The position numbers were made by a program, and so were the translations under genes. Shown here piece by piece: positions 11,054 to 22,960 of a stretch of 64,000 nucleotides of DNA (its first letter is position 1; each line of letters starts with the position of its first letter). Below the pieces are notes generated by a model that was given only the letters and a program-made list of their open reading frames with translations, was not told the DNA's origin and made no database searches. The stretch lies in assembly GCA_003971905.1 (NCBI GenBank), contig RSEE01000152.1:1-64000 (forward strand), in the 5' to 3' direction. The DNA is from Moniliella sp. 'wahieum'. Lineage: Eukaryota.

Positions 11054-13374
11054 TGCGCCTGCCGAGCGTTCCGCAGGCGTTGCATCGTGCTGGTCTTGGT
11101 GTTGGTGTTGGTGGTGGTACATGGCATGGCACATGGCCGCATGCTGCAAGCGAGCCAAGGCGATCTGGACCAAATCGCGTACTTGCCGCTTAGTCTGTGC
11201 CGTGGAACGTACCCGCGCGCGCACCCACACCACACCCAGGAGGAGCAGGATCACACTCGTGCCCAACACGCGATGGCGACGTACGAACGCGCGCACCACC
11301 CCACGCACACGACATCCCATAGGTCGAATCGCACGCGCAGTAAATAGTAGCGTTTGCGTTTCCCCGTCCCCCAGGCCTGCTTCCGCCCCGGCCCCGGCCC
11401 CGGCCCCGCCAAAGCGCAGAACAGTAAGTGTACCTTCGGCCTCGAGGTCCGTCAGAGCCAACTGCCACACCTGCGCAAACTCGTCTGCATCCACTGCTGT
11501 GCCTGCGCGGCGCAGTTGCGCCCACACTTGCTCCTGCGCCTCGGGCACGGACAGCGCGGTGGCGCGGCGCGGATCCGAGGCCCACTCCGAGGCCGAGACC
11601 GAGTTCGAGGTCGAGGTCGAGGTCGCGGTCGCGGTCGTGGGGTGGGAAGCTAGCGGCGGTGGGGCACGGGGGGGTACGCGGTGACACAGGACTTGTCCAT
11701 GCCACGTAGCTAGGATGTGGAGGAGGAGTTGACCGACTTGCGTGGCGCGGAGCTGAGCGTGCGTGTCGGGGGAACAGTGGGGTGCGAGTGCCCCCAGTGG
11801 GACTAAAGCCTGTACTGCACTGGGCAAAGTTGTCCAGCGCGAAGCTGAGGCCCGCAAGCGTACCGACTCGCACCCGTCCCACAGCCCGTCGTGGCACACG
11901 CTTTTCTCGGGACAGGGCGTGCACACTGAAGGTAGCCACGAGACAGGTACCACCTCGAGCGGGGACAGCACCCGTCGTCTCCCCTCGTGCTGGTCGTGGT
12001 CGGGAGTGTGGGTGTGGTTGGTGTGTGGGCACGAGGGTGGTGCAGCCGCGCAGGATGAGAGCTGGACCCGGAATCGCAAAACCCCAGTGCGCGGGACTGC
12101 TGTGCTCGCGCATACAGGACCAGTCCCACGACCAAACTCGTGCCCCACAGCAGCAGTCGTACCACCGACCACAGCAGGACCCGCTTCCCGGCCTGGGCCT
12201 GGGCTTGTGCGCCCGCCGGAGCACCTCTCCCTCCGTCTCGGACAACCTTCCGTATCCATCTCCGTAGTCGTACTCGTACCCGTCCTCCTCGTCATCGTCA
12301 TCGTCCTCCAGCCCATCGTCGTCGTCCTCATCGCCGTCATCGTCCTCATCCTCCTCGTCATCCTCCTCGGCCGAACTGCTCGCTGCAACCCCGCTTACCT
12401 CGCCCAAGCGGGGGGGAAGACGGCGGAGACGCATACCCAACTTCGGGACCGCACCTCCCCTCCATATCCTTGTCGTTCTCCCTGTCCTTGCCGTTCTCCC
12501 GTACGCCGCGGCCAGCCCAGGCGCGTCTTGCGACCCTCGCCTTCACCTTCACCTTCGTACCTAGGTCCAACCCCAACCCCAATCCCAGACGTAAACCCAG
12601 ACGTAAACCCAGACGTAGACGTAAACGTAGACGGCACAGCAGGCCCGGTGGTGTGGTGTGGTACTTTCTGCCCAACTAGGTCGCGGCGTGGACGTCTGCA
12701 CCCGGTCCCGCACGCCAGCACACCGCGCAAGGGTCAGTACGGGGTTACGGGTTACTTACCCTCCAACTAGCAACTAGCCCTGGAGTAGGGGCAAGGGTCA
12801 ACGCGTGTGTATGTGGGGGGAAGGGTAGACACCTACCCCCTCAACCCGGGGACTGGGAGGGGAGGTGGGCCCCTACCCCCCCACCACCCACCGGAACAAA
12901 CGTACCTTCCAAAGGAGGCCATGGCCTCGTTCGTCCCGCTCCGCGTCACCGCCTCACTGGACTCACTGGCCTCACTGGCATCACTGGCCTTACGGGCGGT
13001 ACGGGCGGAAGGTGCGTCGGGCCGGTGGTGTGCGGGAAGGAAGGTGCGGACGGACGAAGCTGGAACGGATTGTCAGAGGAAAAGTTATGATCGTACTGAG
13101 GTGGGTTGTATCTTCCTCGTCTTGCTCCTTCTCCGCTCGTGCTGCCATCCGGTTCGTGCTCGTGCTCTTGCCCCTGCTCTTGCTCCTGCATGATAACATT
13201 ATGGAACAGGGCGAGGAGGTGAGCCTTGCGCGCAGTGGCTGGGACGCGCACGCCGTGGTGCCGCAGAATGGCACGTAGACGCGCGGCAGTCGCGCTGGAC
13301 GGGTCGAACCTCCCGCTGAGGTAGTCGTCGTCGTCCGTGGTAGAAGTGGAAGTGCTGGGGGGAGGCTTGGCCAT
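10568..13374 (-). CDS. SRC1: Inner nuclear membrane LEM/HeH + MSC (Man1-Src1 C-terminal) protein
   Basis: N-terminal HeH domain DYLSGRFDPSSATAARLRAILRHHGV..PATARKAHLLALF; NFSSDNPFQ; TM followed by LGFCDSG; CTPCP; second TM; C-terminal VQANTNVR...WEWIG. Confidence 0.9.
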
Positions 13375-13702
13375 GGCGATGGCGCTACCGGTGGTGGGGA
13401 TGGGGGTGGCGGTGGGGATGAGGATGGTTTTGGGGACTTTGGGGTGGGACGCTACCTCACTTTGACAAAAAGGCCGCTGGATCACCATCCAACGCCCCTC
13501 ACGCGCCCAATTGACCCCAGGTTCGATCCGCAGCGGCTGCATATTTTTTCGCGTCTTGTGCGTGCTCGGCTCGTCGGCGATCGATCGCTGGATGATGGAT
13601 GATTGCATCTTGAAACCAAGCCAGCCTTCCAACCCAACCCCCGCCGCCTTCTTCTGCGGCCCCGCACCCACGCCGACAGCAACGACACCCACCACCACCA
13701 GC

Positions 13703-15767
13703 ATGTCGACCATGCCAAAGCTCATCCGCCTCGCCTCCACCCTCCCCCGGCTCTCTTCCGCCCGCCTAAACCCCTTCACCCCCCTCGCGCCTCTCGCGCC
13801 CTTGGCGCCCTTGGCGCCCTGGGCGCCGCGCGGCCGGCGCGCCTTGGCCACCACAGCCGGGCCGGAGGAGCAAGGCCACGCCGCGGCGCAGCAAGCAGAG
13901 GAAGACGAAACGAGGCGTTTGGCGACGTCGGCACGGATCACAGCGACCATGGCAGACATCCTAGCCAAGTCAATCAAAGTGGATGGACCAATGAGTGTGG
14001 CGAGTTTTATGCGTGCGGCGCTTTTGGACCCGGCGTTGGGGTACTACGCTGCGGCCCATGCGCCCTCCTCGCCACACGATAAGGAACGCCATGTAATTGG
14101 TGCCAAAGGTGACTTTGTTACTTCCCCTGAGATTACGCAGGTGTTTGGAGAGTTGTTTGGGATTTACTTTGTGGCGCTTATGGTGATGTGCTCCGTGCTC
14201 CTCCTCCTCCTCCTCCTGCTTCTGCTTCTGCGTCTGCGTCGGCTTCGGCTTCGGGTTCGGCGTCGGCTTCGGCTTCGGCTCGCCCACCGCCGCCTATTCG
14301 TCTCGTCGAGTTTGGACCTGGACGCGGGACGTTGCTGCAGGACGTGTTGCGCACGTTTGCGCGGTTCCCTGCTGTGGCAGATAACTTGCATGCCATCCAT
14401 CTGTCGAGACGTCCGAGGGACTACGTCGACTTCAATGGCAGCGATTCAGGATGTGCTCAATGCCAGCTCCACCCCGGCGGGTGCACGTCGTACCCTCATC
14501 CCTATCCAGCCGGGGGAAGAACCACCGCCGTACGAGCAAGGCACACTGCAAGTCCAATGGTTCGACTCGATTCATTCGGTTCCGATCCGGGCGAGAGGTA
14601 CACCATGTTGATCGCTCATGAGTTCTTTGATGCGCTGCCGATTCATGTGTTTCAGAAAACCCAAGATGGATTCCGAGAGGTGCTGATTAACCTCAAGAAC
14701 CCGGATAAGCCCGCTTCGGCCCAAGCTGCCGGGTGTCCACTCACAAGGCCTCCGACTTTATCCAGGCCCACCTCGACGCCAAACGTACGAGTAACAGCAA
14801 GGCCAACTCCGAATCCCAATCGGAATCGGAGGCACCTGCACCCGCTCCGAAACCCGAGTTTGAGTACGTGCTGAGTCCCGGCCCAACAGCGTGGTCGGAA
14901 CTGCTTGCGTCGCGCAATCCGCGTTTCCAAAGCATGCAGCCTGGGCAGCAAGTGGAGATTTCACCGGACGCATGGGCGGCAGCGCGCAAAGTAGGTGAAC
15001 TGGTAGCTGGACGAGAAGCACCGTTACCCACTTTACCATCTGAAGAACCTAAGGACGAAATTGGTAAGCAATAAAAGCCATGCTTGTTCCGATTCGGAAC
15101 GACGTGCCGCAGCTCGCGCTCATTCCTCCCACGGTGGCGTCGCGGCCATCGTCGATTACGGTGACGAAATTCTTTCCCCAACTCGTTCCGCGCTTTCAAA
15201 CATCACCATATTGTCGATCCCCTGGCAACCCGGGCACCGCCGACTTGACTGCCAACGTGGACTTTGTCCATGTCAAACATGCGATTGACTCGACTGACGG
15301 TACGTTGCCTCAAAAAAACTCGCCTCGTTCCCCTTCCTTGTTTTTCTTGTTTTCTCCCTTATTCTCCCCCCCCCTGTCTTGCACCGTTGCTCCCCTCTCC
15401 TCTCACCCTACTCTTGGCCACATCCTGACCCACTGACCCACTGACGCACACCAGCAACAATCCCTCGGCCCAGCCGAGCAGGGCCCGTTCCTCGCGGCGA
15501 TGGGACTGGAACTACGCGTGAACAAGCTACTTGCCTCTGCGCCAGCGGATCGACGGGAAGTGATCACCCAGCGGCGTACCGCGTGATCGACATGACCTCC
15601 ATGGGCAAAGAGTACAAGGTCTTAGGCGTCAAAGCTCCGCTTACGATGCAGTCAACCGTACCACAGCCCCAAGTACTCCTTTGTACCCTTTTGAGTACCC
15701 GCACGAAGGTGACCAGCCACCTATCGTCGAGGCGGAGGCCGATGCCGACCCTACAACGTCTTCTTAA
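13703..15767 (+). CDS. NDUFAF7: Mitochondrial arginine methyltransferase / complex I assembly factor NDUFAF7 (MidA)
   Basis: Presequence-like N-terminus; GPMSVASFMRAAL..GYY, GDFVTSPEITQVFGEL, LVEFGPGRGTL, IAHEFFDALP, PGTADLTANVDF; intron at about 15300-15454. Confidence 0.92.
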
Positions 15768-16713
15768 CCGTGCTCGTGTGCCGTGGAGTGAGTGGCATGC
15801 CGTGCGGGGCGTGTCTTCTCGGGGTCCTGCCGTGGCGGGCCGTGTGCTGTCGTCGGCAGAGGGTCCGGGAGAGACTGCCACCCTACCCTCGGGCCTCATC
15901 AATCATCCTGGACTTGGGTCTTAGATCTTACCACGCAATCGTCCTATCGTCCTATCGTGGTGTCGCTCGGTCAACCCCCTGCTCTGCGTCTTTCTGTGGA
16001 TCTGGCTGAGGACGGAGCGGTGGACCTCAGGACCCTAACCCTGACCCTGACCCTGACCCTGGCCTTGACCTTGACCTTGACCTGACCTGAGATGCGTCGG
16101 TGCCGGTCCAGGCTTCCTTCCCTCCGTTGCACATGGGTGCCACATGCGATGTACCTCCCTCCCCCGCACCACACCCTACCTAGCAGACCAAAGACCACCC
16201 AATCGACGTGATTAATAAGTGCCGTGTGCCCTCTGTTGCGCACTAGAGCGCAGTGCATGGTTCTGTCCGTAGACGCAAAAGGCACCTACCACCCACATTC
16301 CATTCCGCCACGGTACGACCGCAACGACGGCTAGTAGGTCTGAGGTGCACCGGGCGTTTGGAGGGGAAACTAAGGCCAAGGCTGCATGGTACATTGGTGG
16401 TGGTTGGGTTATTCCGTCCCGCTCCCATCCGCCCCGGCCCCCTCGTGTTGCACCGACCCCCGCGCTGATTTACCCATTAGGCATTCCATTCCGCCCGGCG
16501 CCGCGGAACGCCGCGTGCGGCCTGCGGGGGGGGCGAGACGTGGCAGGCTTAAGCGGTACCGGTTACCCCAGCACAAAGCACCGCACCACGCACCGCTGAT
16601 TAGCGGCCAAGCGGTAAACGACCCCCGCCCCCCATTCTCCCTTTTTTTCTTCCTCTTCTTCCACCTCCACTCCACCTCCACCTCACCTGGCCCCGGCCCC
16701 GGCCCCCACCCCG

Positions 16714-17490
16714 ATGGACCTTGGACGCGTCCCCCCCATCACGCGCGCCTGGGCTGGCCTGACGCTAGCGCTGGGCGTGGCGGAGCACGTTGGACTCGTG
16801 TCGCAGTTCCAGCTGTGGTTCAGTCCACGGCAAGTCTTTGTCAAGGGCCAAGTGTGGCGTGTGGTGAGCTGTTTTCTGTTTTTGGCCAGCTGGACCTGGA
16901 CAGCCTGATGCACATTTTCTTCACGATGCGGTACTGCTGGATCTTGGAGGACGAGTCGTACCAAGGACGCAAAGCGGACTACGTTTGGCTCCTGCTCTTG
17001 TCCTCGGGCGCACTACTCTTCCTCAGCCCATTACCGGTCAGGAATTCCTAGGTTCAAGCTTGGCGTTTGTCCTGCTGTGTATCTGGTCCCGCCGTAACCC
17101 CACATTCACATTTCGCTCTTTGGTCTGCTCACTGTGCTGCACCTTACTTCCCAATCGCTTGGGTCGCCCTCGAGGGAATGTTCGAACTCACTTTCAAACA
17201 TTCCCCCGATCCATCCTCTCCCAACTCATCGCCATGGCCGTCGCTCATCTCTACTACTTTGCCATCGACGTATGGCCACAAGAGTACCGCTCCGCAGGGA
17301 AAACCGTTTTGCAAACCCCTTCTTTCTTGTACGTTCCCCCACCCCTTCCGTATCCTCCTCCTTTCACCCCTCCCTCTGTCTTCTCTTCGCCCCTCCCCCT
17401 TTGGCTCTCGAATAAGCCTGTTGGCTATTGACTGACGTTGCTATGGGCTGGGGTGCGCGCATCTGGCACAGGTTGCTCGACGATCAGTAG
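16714..17490 (+). CDS. DER1: Derlin (ERAD rhomboid pseudoprotease)
   Basis: PPITRAW, QVWRVVSCFL, FTMRYCWILEDESYQGRKADY, IWSRRNP, HLYYFAIDVWP; last intron 17329-17471. Confidence 0.9.
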
Positions 17491-18409
17491 ACGCCGACGC
17501 CGACGGCGATGGCAACGGCGATGGCAACTTCGATGGCGGCGGGAGATGGGATGGAGATGACAATGACAACAACAACGATGGCGATGACGATGGCGACGAC
17601 AAGGATGATCTCGTCGGTTGCGTGTTCCCCCTTCCACCCTCCACTCTTCCACTCTTCCACTCTTCTACCCTGCCACCCTGCCACCTGCCACTTTTCTACC
17701 GTGGCCGGACTTCCTCGGCCGGTGGGATCATGTCGCTGTTCGCTTCGAGTCGCCCCGATTGGATTGGATTGGATTCGCTTCGATTCGATCGCCTGAGTTG
17801 GCATTCCTATTCACGTTGAGTCCCAGCTGGCTGATAGCTTCGTCCCCACGGCAGGACAGGATAGGACAGGCCACGAAAGTGAAACGTGGCGGACACTCTT
17901 GGGAGGCTGTGGTGTGTAGATGTAGATGGCAGATTGCTATGACCGCAAGAGCAGGAGGATGAGGATGAGGATGGGGGGAGGGGGCTCTGGCTTGGGTTAG
18001 GTTAGGTTATGGGAGTGGGGAGTGAACGTCAGTTGAACGTTGAACGTTGAACCCAGAGGCCGGAGGGCCCAGGCCAAGAGAGCCCCTACACGAGTGAATC
18101 GGAGCATCGGCTGGACCTGGGTTCCCAGTGGACTCTGTTGCTAAGTATGATTAACTCTGGTGGGTTGGCCTTTGCTAGATTGGGATCACCGTCGTACCGG
18201 GCAGTTGCACCGATGGTCCGGCGGGCGGGGAAGCGGAATGGGCGAGGCGATGGTGTGGTGCATGACGACGTCCGTGCGCAGCATTGAACATTGCAACGGG
18301 CCTGATGTGAGCAGGCTGAGCTGAGCCTCCAAGGGTCAGATCCAGAGCACAAGGCAGGAGGGCCGACGGGAGACGCCCCCACCACACCACACCACACCAC
18401 ATCTTCGCC

Positions 18410-19514
18410 ATGGCGGTCGAGCAAGTGCACATCGCCACGCCGCCGGCAAGTCGCAGCTCACTGTGCTCACGTACGGCGCCACCGTGCTCAGCTGGAAGCG
18501 CGACGGCGAGGAACAACTCTTCCTCAGTTCGCTTGCTGCGCTGGACGGTTCAGCCGCCGTCCGCGGTGGCATCCCCATCGTCTTTCCTATCTTTAACAAC
18601 CCCACCCGCCCCATTGCTGGATCCATCGACGCGTACCCCCCCAAACTCCGCCAGGGCCTGACAAGATGCCCAACATGGTTTCACCCGCACCACCGTCTGG
18701 ACCTACCTCGGCGCCAAGGACGGCCCCGGAGGCGAGAAGGTCGTCTCGTTTGGTACGTGTTCGTCCCTCCGCTGTCTGGCTGGGCGTGCAAGAACTTGCC
18801 GCCCTCCTGTCTGTCGTCATGCGTTATGGTTGGTTGAAAATGTGAGAGGTGCTGACCATTCCTTTGTACTCTCTTCGTCTGTTCGTCTGTTTGCTTGCTT
18901 GCTTGGTCTTTTTGTTTTTGCTGTTTCTTGAGGGGGGTAGAACTCGACACGGACGACCACAAGGACTTTGCAGCGTACTATCCTTGCACGTGAAGCTCAC
19001 GTACCAAGTGCGAATTAGCGATGTATCGCCTACGCTCACCACGTCACTCCATGTAACCAACTTGAGCGAGGACGAAGCGCCGTTCCACGCGCTGTTCCAC
19101 AACTACATCCGTGTGCACTCTGCCACCACAGCCCAGCTGACCGGCCTAGCCTCCGCCACCTGCATCGACACGACCGACGCCAACCGAACCAAGACCCACA
19201 CTGCCGACCCGCTCGTGCTCCACGCCAAACCGATCGATAGTGTATTTTACAACGTTCCCGGCGACGTGGCCCTGGCCGAACCGCAACCGGAACCAGGCCG
19301 CACACTCAGCCTCCATGCCTCCCCCACGTTCCACACTACGACCGTATGGAACCCAGCCGAACAAGGCGCAGCTGGAATTCGTGATCTCCACCCGGGCGGT
19401 TGGAACGAATTTGTCTGCATCGAACCCGGTAGCATCAAGGACCTTAACTTTGTTGCCCCGCACTCCACCTGGACCGCTTCCCAAACGCTTACCGTCACCT
19501 CGACGGCACCGTGA
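18410..19514 (+). CDS. Glucose-6-phosphate 1-epimerase (aldose 1-epimerase superfamily)
   Basis: YGATVLSWK...LFLS...AVRGGIPIVFP, QHGF.R, LFHNY, VWNP, FVCIEPG motifs; one intron at about 18753-18940. Confidence 0.9.
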
Positions 19515-20832
19515 CTCGCGATGCAGCTGCATCTGTAGCCGGTACCCGGTAACGGGCACTTGGTACGCGCACGGGCGCTTAGGGTCCTCTACTGTGGCTT
19601 ACCCTGTATGCCTCTTGGTTTAGGTTCGCCACTGAGGACTGAGTACTGACAGTCAGCTTCCTGACTCGCTTGCGCTAGGGAACTGTACCCTGCGCACCGA
19701 AATTATCGATCATCGTTCTTGCACAGCCACCTGGGCCGGGAGAGGCGCGTGACACAGTCCTCCTCGTCCCATTGCCTTTGAGCTGTAGAACTTGTAGAAC
19801 TTGTAGAACTTGTAGAACTGCAAACTGTTGAGCCTGATGAACTGGGCAGCTGGGGGCGCATAGGTCTCCCCCCTTGTCCCAAACGAAGGGATAAGATCTA
19901 AGATCCGAACATGCGACATTTGTGGGCGGGCTGTGCTCCCTTCTGCACGGTCTCATGCAGGGTGCGGGCGCTGGCCCGCAGCGCGCAACCTACAAGTTCG
20001 CGCCACAGTGTGGACCGAGCTGCAGTCTGAGGCCTGAATACGAACAAACCGAGCTAGAGAGACCCAGTGAGATCTCGGTTCAGGTCTCTTTCAGGCCTCG
20101 TTTCGGTATGTTTGTCCTTGAACGTAGGGCGAATCTCATGTGTGGCATCGTGCCCGTTTACTTTACCTCTCTAGGTTGCCCGTGCGGCAGCCGCGTCTCC
20201 CCTGTTTCCCCGGGCCTGTTCCCCATTCTTCCTCTATTATGTTGTTTCCCTTTCAGTCTCTGTCTGTTAGCAATGGTTCTTCGTGGTTTCTCCCCAAGGT
20301 CCATCGTCGTCGCCCCCCTCCTCTCCTGGCCAATTGATCGACCCAGTACAAGCACCTCCTCCTCCTCTTAGTCGCACCTCTAGCTCCCACTTCTTCAGCT
20401 CTCAGTTCCCCAGCCCAAGTCCAGCCCAATTCAGCCACGTGTGGTCCTGCCTAGTACAGCCACGCCACCCCCTGGCCCAGTCCAGCTCTAGTCCAGCTGT
20501 GTGGATCCTCCCCGCGGCCCCTCCCCGTCGCACAAGGCTTCAGACACGCTACTGCTTCCCACACAGCTTTGTGCCACACTTGCAGCTGCCTCTGCTGTTC
20601 GCCGAGAAGCCTCTCCGTGTCCCTAGCTCTGCTCGGACGCACCAATCAGCGCAAGCGCGTACCTACCATGAGTCGACCTTAGGATCTAAGGGATTGTACC
20701 CATAAACTCCTGGGCGGGCTCCCTGGCGGCGCGCGCCCGTGTGACAACAGGCAAGTTACAATAGAAGAGGCGAACGCACTCTTCTTGTGGTACGGCCCGC
20801 GGGCATCCAATATCCAGGGGTCACCGGTGAAG

Positions 20833-22101
20833 TTAATAAGGATCGGCACCGCCGATCATACGAACCATCATGTACAGCATGGACCCGTTGCGAACGTTTT
20901 GCTCCCACAGGCTCTTGCCCTCTTGTAGCTGCTGACCACAAAAAATCAAGTGGCTCGCCTGGCGAAACCGCGCAATGCCTGCCCGCTCCTCGATTTGCAA
21001 CTGAATCGTCACCTCGGTATCTTCCGGCCGCACGTCCAGCACGTACACCGAGTCGATCAAAGTACCCACGATCACCCGCATCCCCCCCGCGGGGAAGCGG
21101 TACCATGTGCAAAATCGTCTCGTTTTTAATATCCTTATGCTCCCACACGCGCTGCTCGTCCTCCAGCGCACCAAGCGAGCTCCATGGGAACAATAGCGAT
21201 TGTCGCTCGGTCGTAACTCGTCTGTTCCTCAATGCGCGATTTGAGACTGAGCACCGTATCGTCCCGATGCACGTCCAACATCAGCAGTTCGTGGGTGAAC
21301 GTCAGGACAAACAGACGTCTCACCGCTTGTGTCGACGAGGCATAATGTTGCATGTCGTGAGACCACACAATCCCATCTCGTCCTCGAGCCGCGGCATCAA
21401 GTGCACGACCGACCCGCTCCTCAGCCCGCACCGGTGCAACGGCATCCGTCCGGCCGGATCCGTTTGGATCGCAACACGGGCCCGTCGATCCGGTCCACAA
21501 TCAAAATCTGTTTTTCGGGGGGGACATGGACGTGCCGCACAGGGCCTGGACTTTGGCCATGAACCTGTTCGTATCCTCTCCCAATCCGTCTCGATGCGCA
21601 CCGTTGGTCCCGACGGCCTCTGACCCAAACGTGCATCTTGTCCAGCAACATAAACTCGTTCTTCCCGGGCCATTCGCATACTTTGTACGTGGACAGAACT
21701 CGTGTATCGTCCTCTAAGTGTTCGTTGGTGAGATCGTACCATAGCCGCTGCGAGCTAACCGCCGTACCTACCTCTTTCTCAATCGCTGCCTTGAACTTAC
21801 CCACAGGATCTTCCGAATCGAGCTGCACCCGCACCGTCGTCCCGTCCACCGTGCGCACAACCAATTCCACCTGCCCCGCCAGACGGAACTTCACACCGTG
21901 CCTCAGCCTCGCCAACACCATACTCGGCCAACGTCCGCTCATCGTCCAGGTCCGCGTGGCCAGGGGAACCAAACGCTGCTGCTCCCGCGGCAGCTTGTTC
22001 GTCCCGCGGATTGGCCTTGAGGTCGGCGATGGTGTCGGTGCGCGGATCAACCTGCACGCCGACGCAGCCCGAGACGGATACCGTGCCAGTTGGAGAAACA
22101 T
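20833..22101 (-). CDS. Penta-ubiquitin-like domain protein, copy B, ending ...MVRMIGG-ADPY*
   Basis: Collinear paralogue of 1662-2937 (VDPRTDTIADLKA, VELVVRTVDGTTVRVQLDSED, VPPEKQILIVDRIDGP, LFVLTFTHELLMLDVHRDDTVLSLKSRI, SHLIFCGQQLQEGKSLWEQNVRNGSMLYMMVRMIGG). Intronless; only 1-bp indel frameshifts. Confidence 0.85.
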
Positions 22102-22499
22102 TCCGCGGTTCAGGAGGCAAACGTAGGTGGTCGTAGGCAGTTCGAACGAAGAAAAGGCGAAAGTGAGCAGGGCAGGTAGCGGGCGCCCTGGGTGATTACT
22201 ACCTGGCTGTATGTACGCCTCCTATTAGCTCGTGGTCGACGGCCAAAACCGTATCCGGCAGGCAACACTGCCCCCCTGCGGCGATGCGCACGTGACCGTT
22301 GTCGCACGCTGCGGATGCGCTCCGCAGCCACGCTGCCGCTCAGGTGGCCACCAACGACAACAGGAATCCACATCAATATTCCAGGGAGGCGGCCGTGTGC
22401 GCAGCTCACCGGCGGTAAGTGGGGAGAAAGGGAAGAGAAAGGGAAGAGAGGGGGAAGAGATGGGGAAGATGAGAAGGGGAGCTACGTTCACATGGTGTT

Positions 22500-22960
22500 C
22501 AAAATGCTAAAAACCACAGAACAAAGAGATCCGAGAGTTCTCCATTCGCTCTCTAGCAGTAGTTTGCCGTGTCCGTGCTGCATCGAGAAAGTGAAGCGCA
22601 TCTCTCTTCCACCACCCCATGCTACCCATGCTACACTGGACCTCGACGATCTGTTTGGCGGCATAAGTTGTTCCTGCCGCCTCTCCCGAACATCCTCTGA
22701 GGCGTTGCGCCAGGACCTGTTCCCCCGCATCCGCCCGGAACATAGTAAACGTCCTGCAAACAGGTGTTCAAGTGGACAAGCATCAGGCCGACACAATTCT
22801 CATATTCAGCCGTTCCATCCGGATTCCCATATGTGCAGTGTCGTGTCTCGGCAGTTATGGACCGAACTCACCACGGCGATCAACCGAGCGAAACTGTTGC
22901 CCGTCCAGGTCGGTGGGGCGCATACCCTTACAGAACGGAAGGACCGTAAGATCGACTCAT
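22500..22960 (-). mobile_element. Probable Ty1/copia integrase relic
   Basis: Broken frames read RSVDRRGEF (cf. RSD.GGEF), MERLNMRIV (cf. AERLNRTIV) and WRTLGSLCSVV (cf. LRVFGSLCYV); many stops. Confidence 0.4.

Noticed and set aside
10716..12770. Long plus-strand ORFs (322 and 335 aa) opposite SRC1, and similar antisense ORFs across the window
   Set aside because: Shadow ORFs expected in high-GC coding DNA; no recognisable domains.
16030..16090. ACCCTAACCCTGACCC run as an interstitial telomere
   Set aside because: Only one true CCCTAA unit; one of many degenerate hexamer microsatellites.
19785..19820. (AGAACTTGT)x4 as a heat-shock element
   Set aside because: Lacks the alternating nGAAn/nTTCn arrangement; simple 9-bp tandem repeat.
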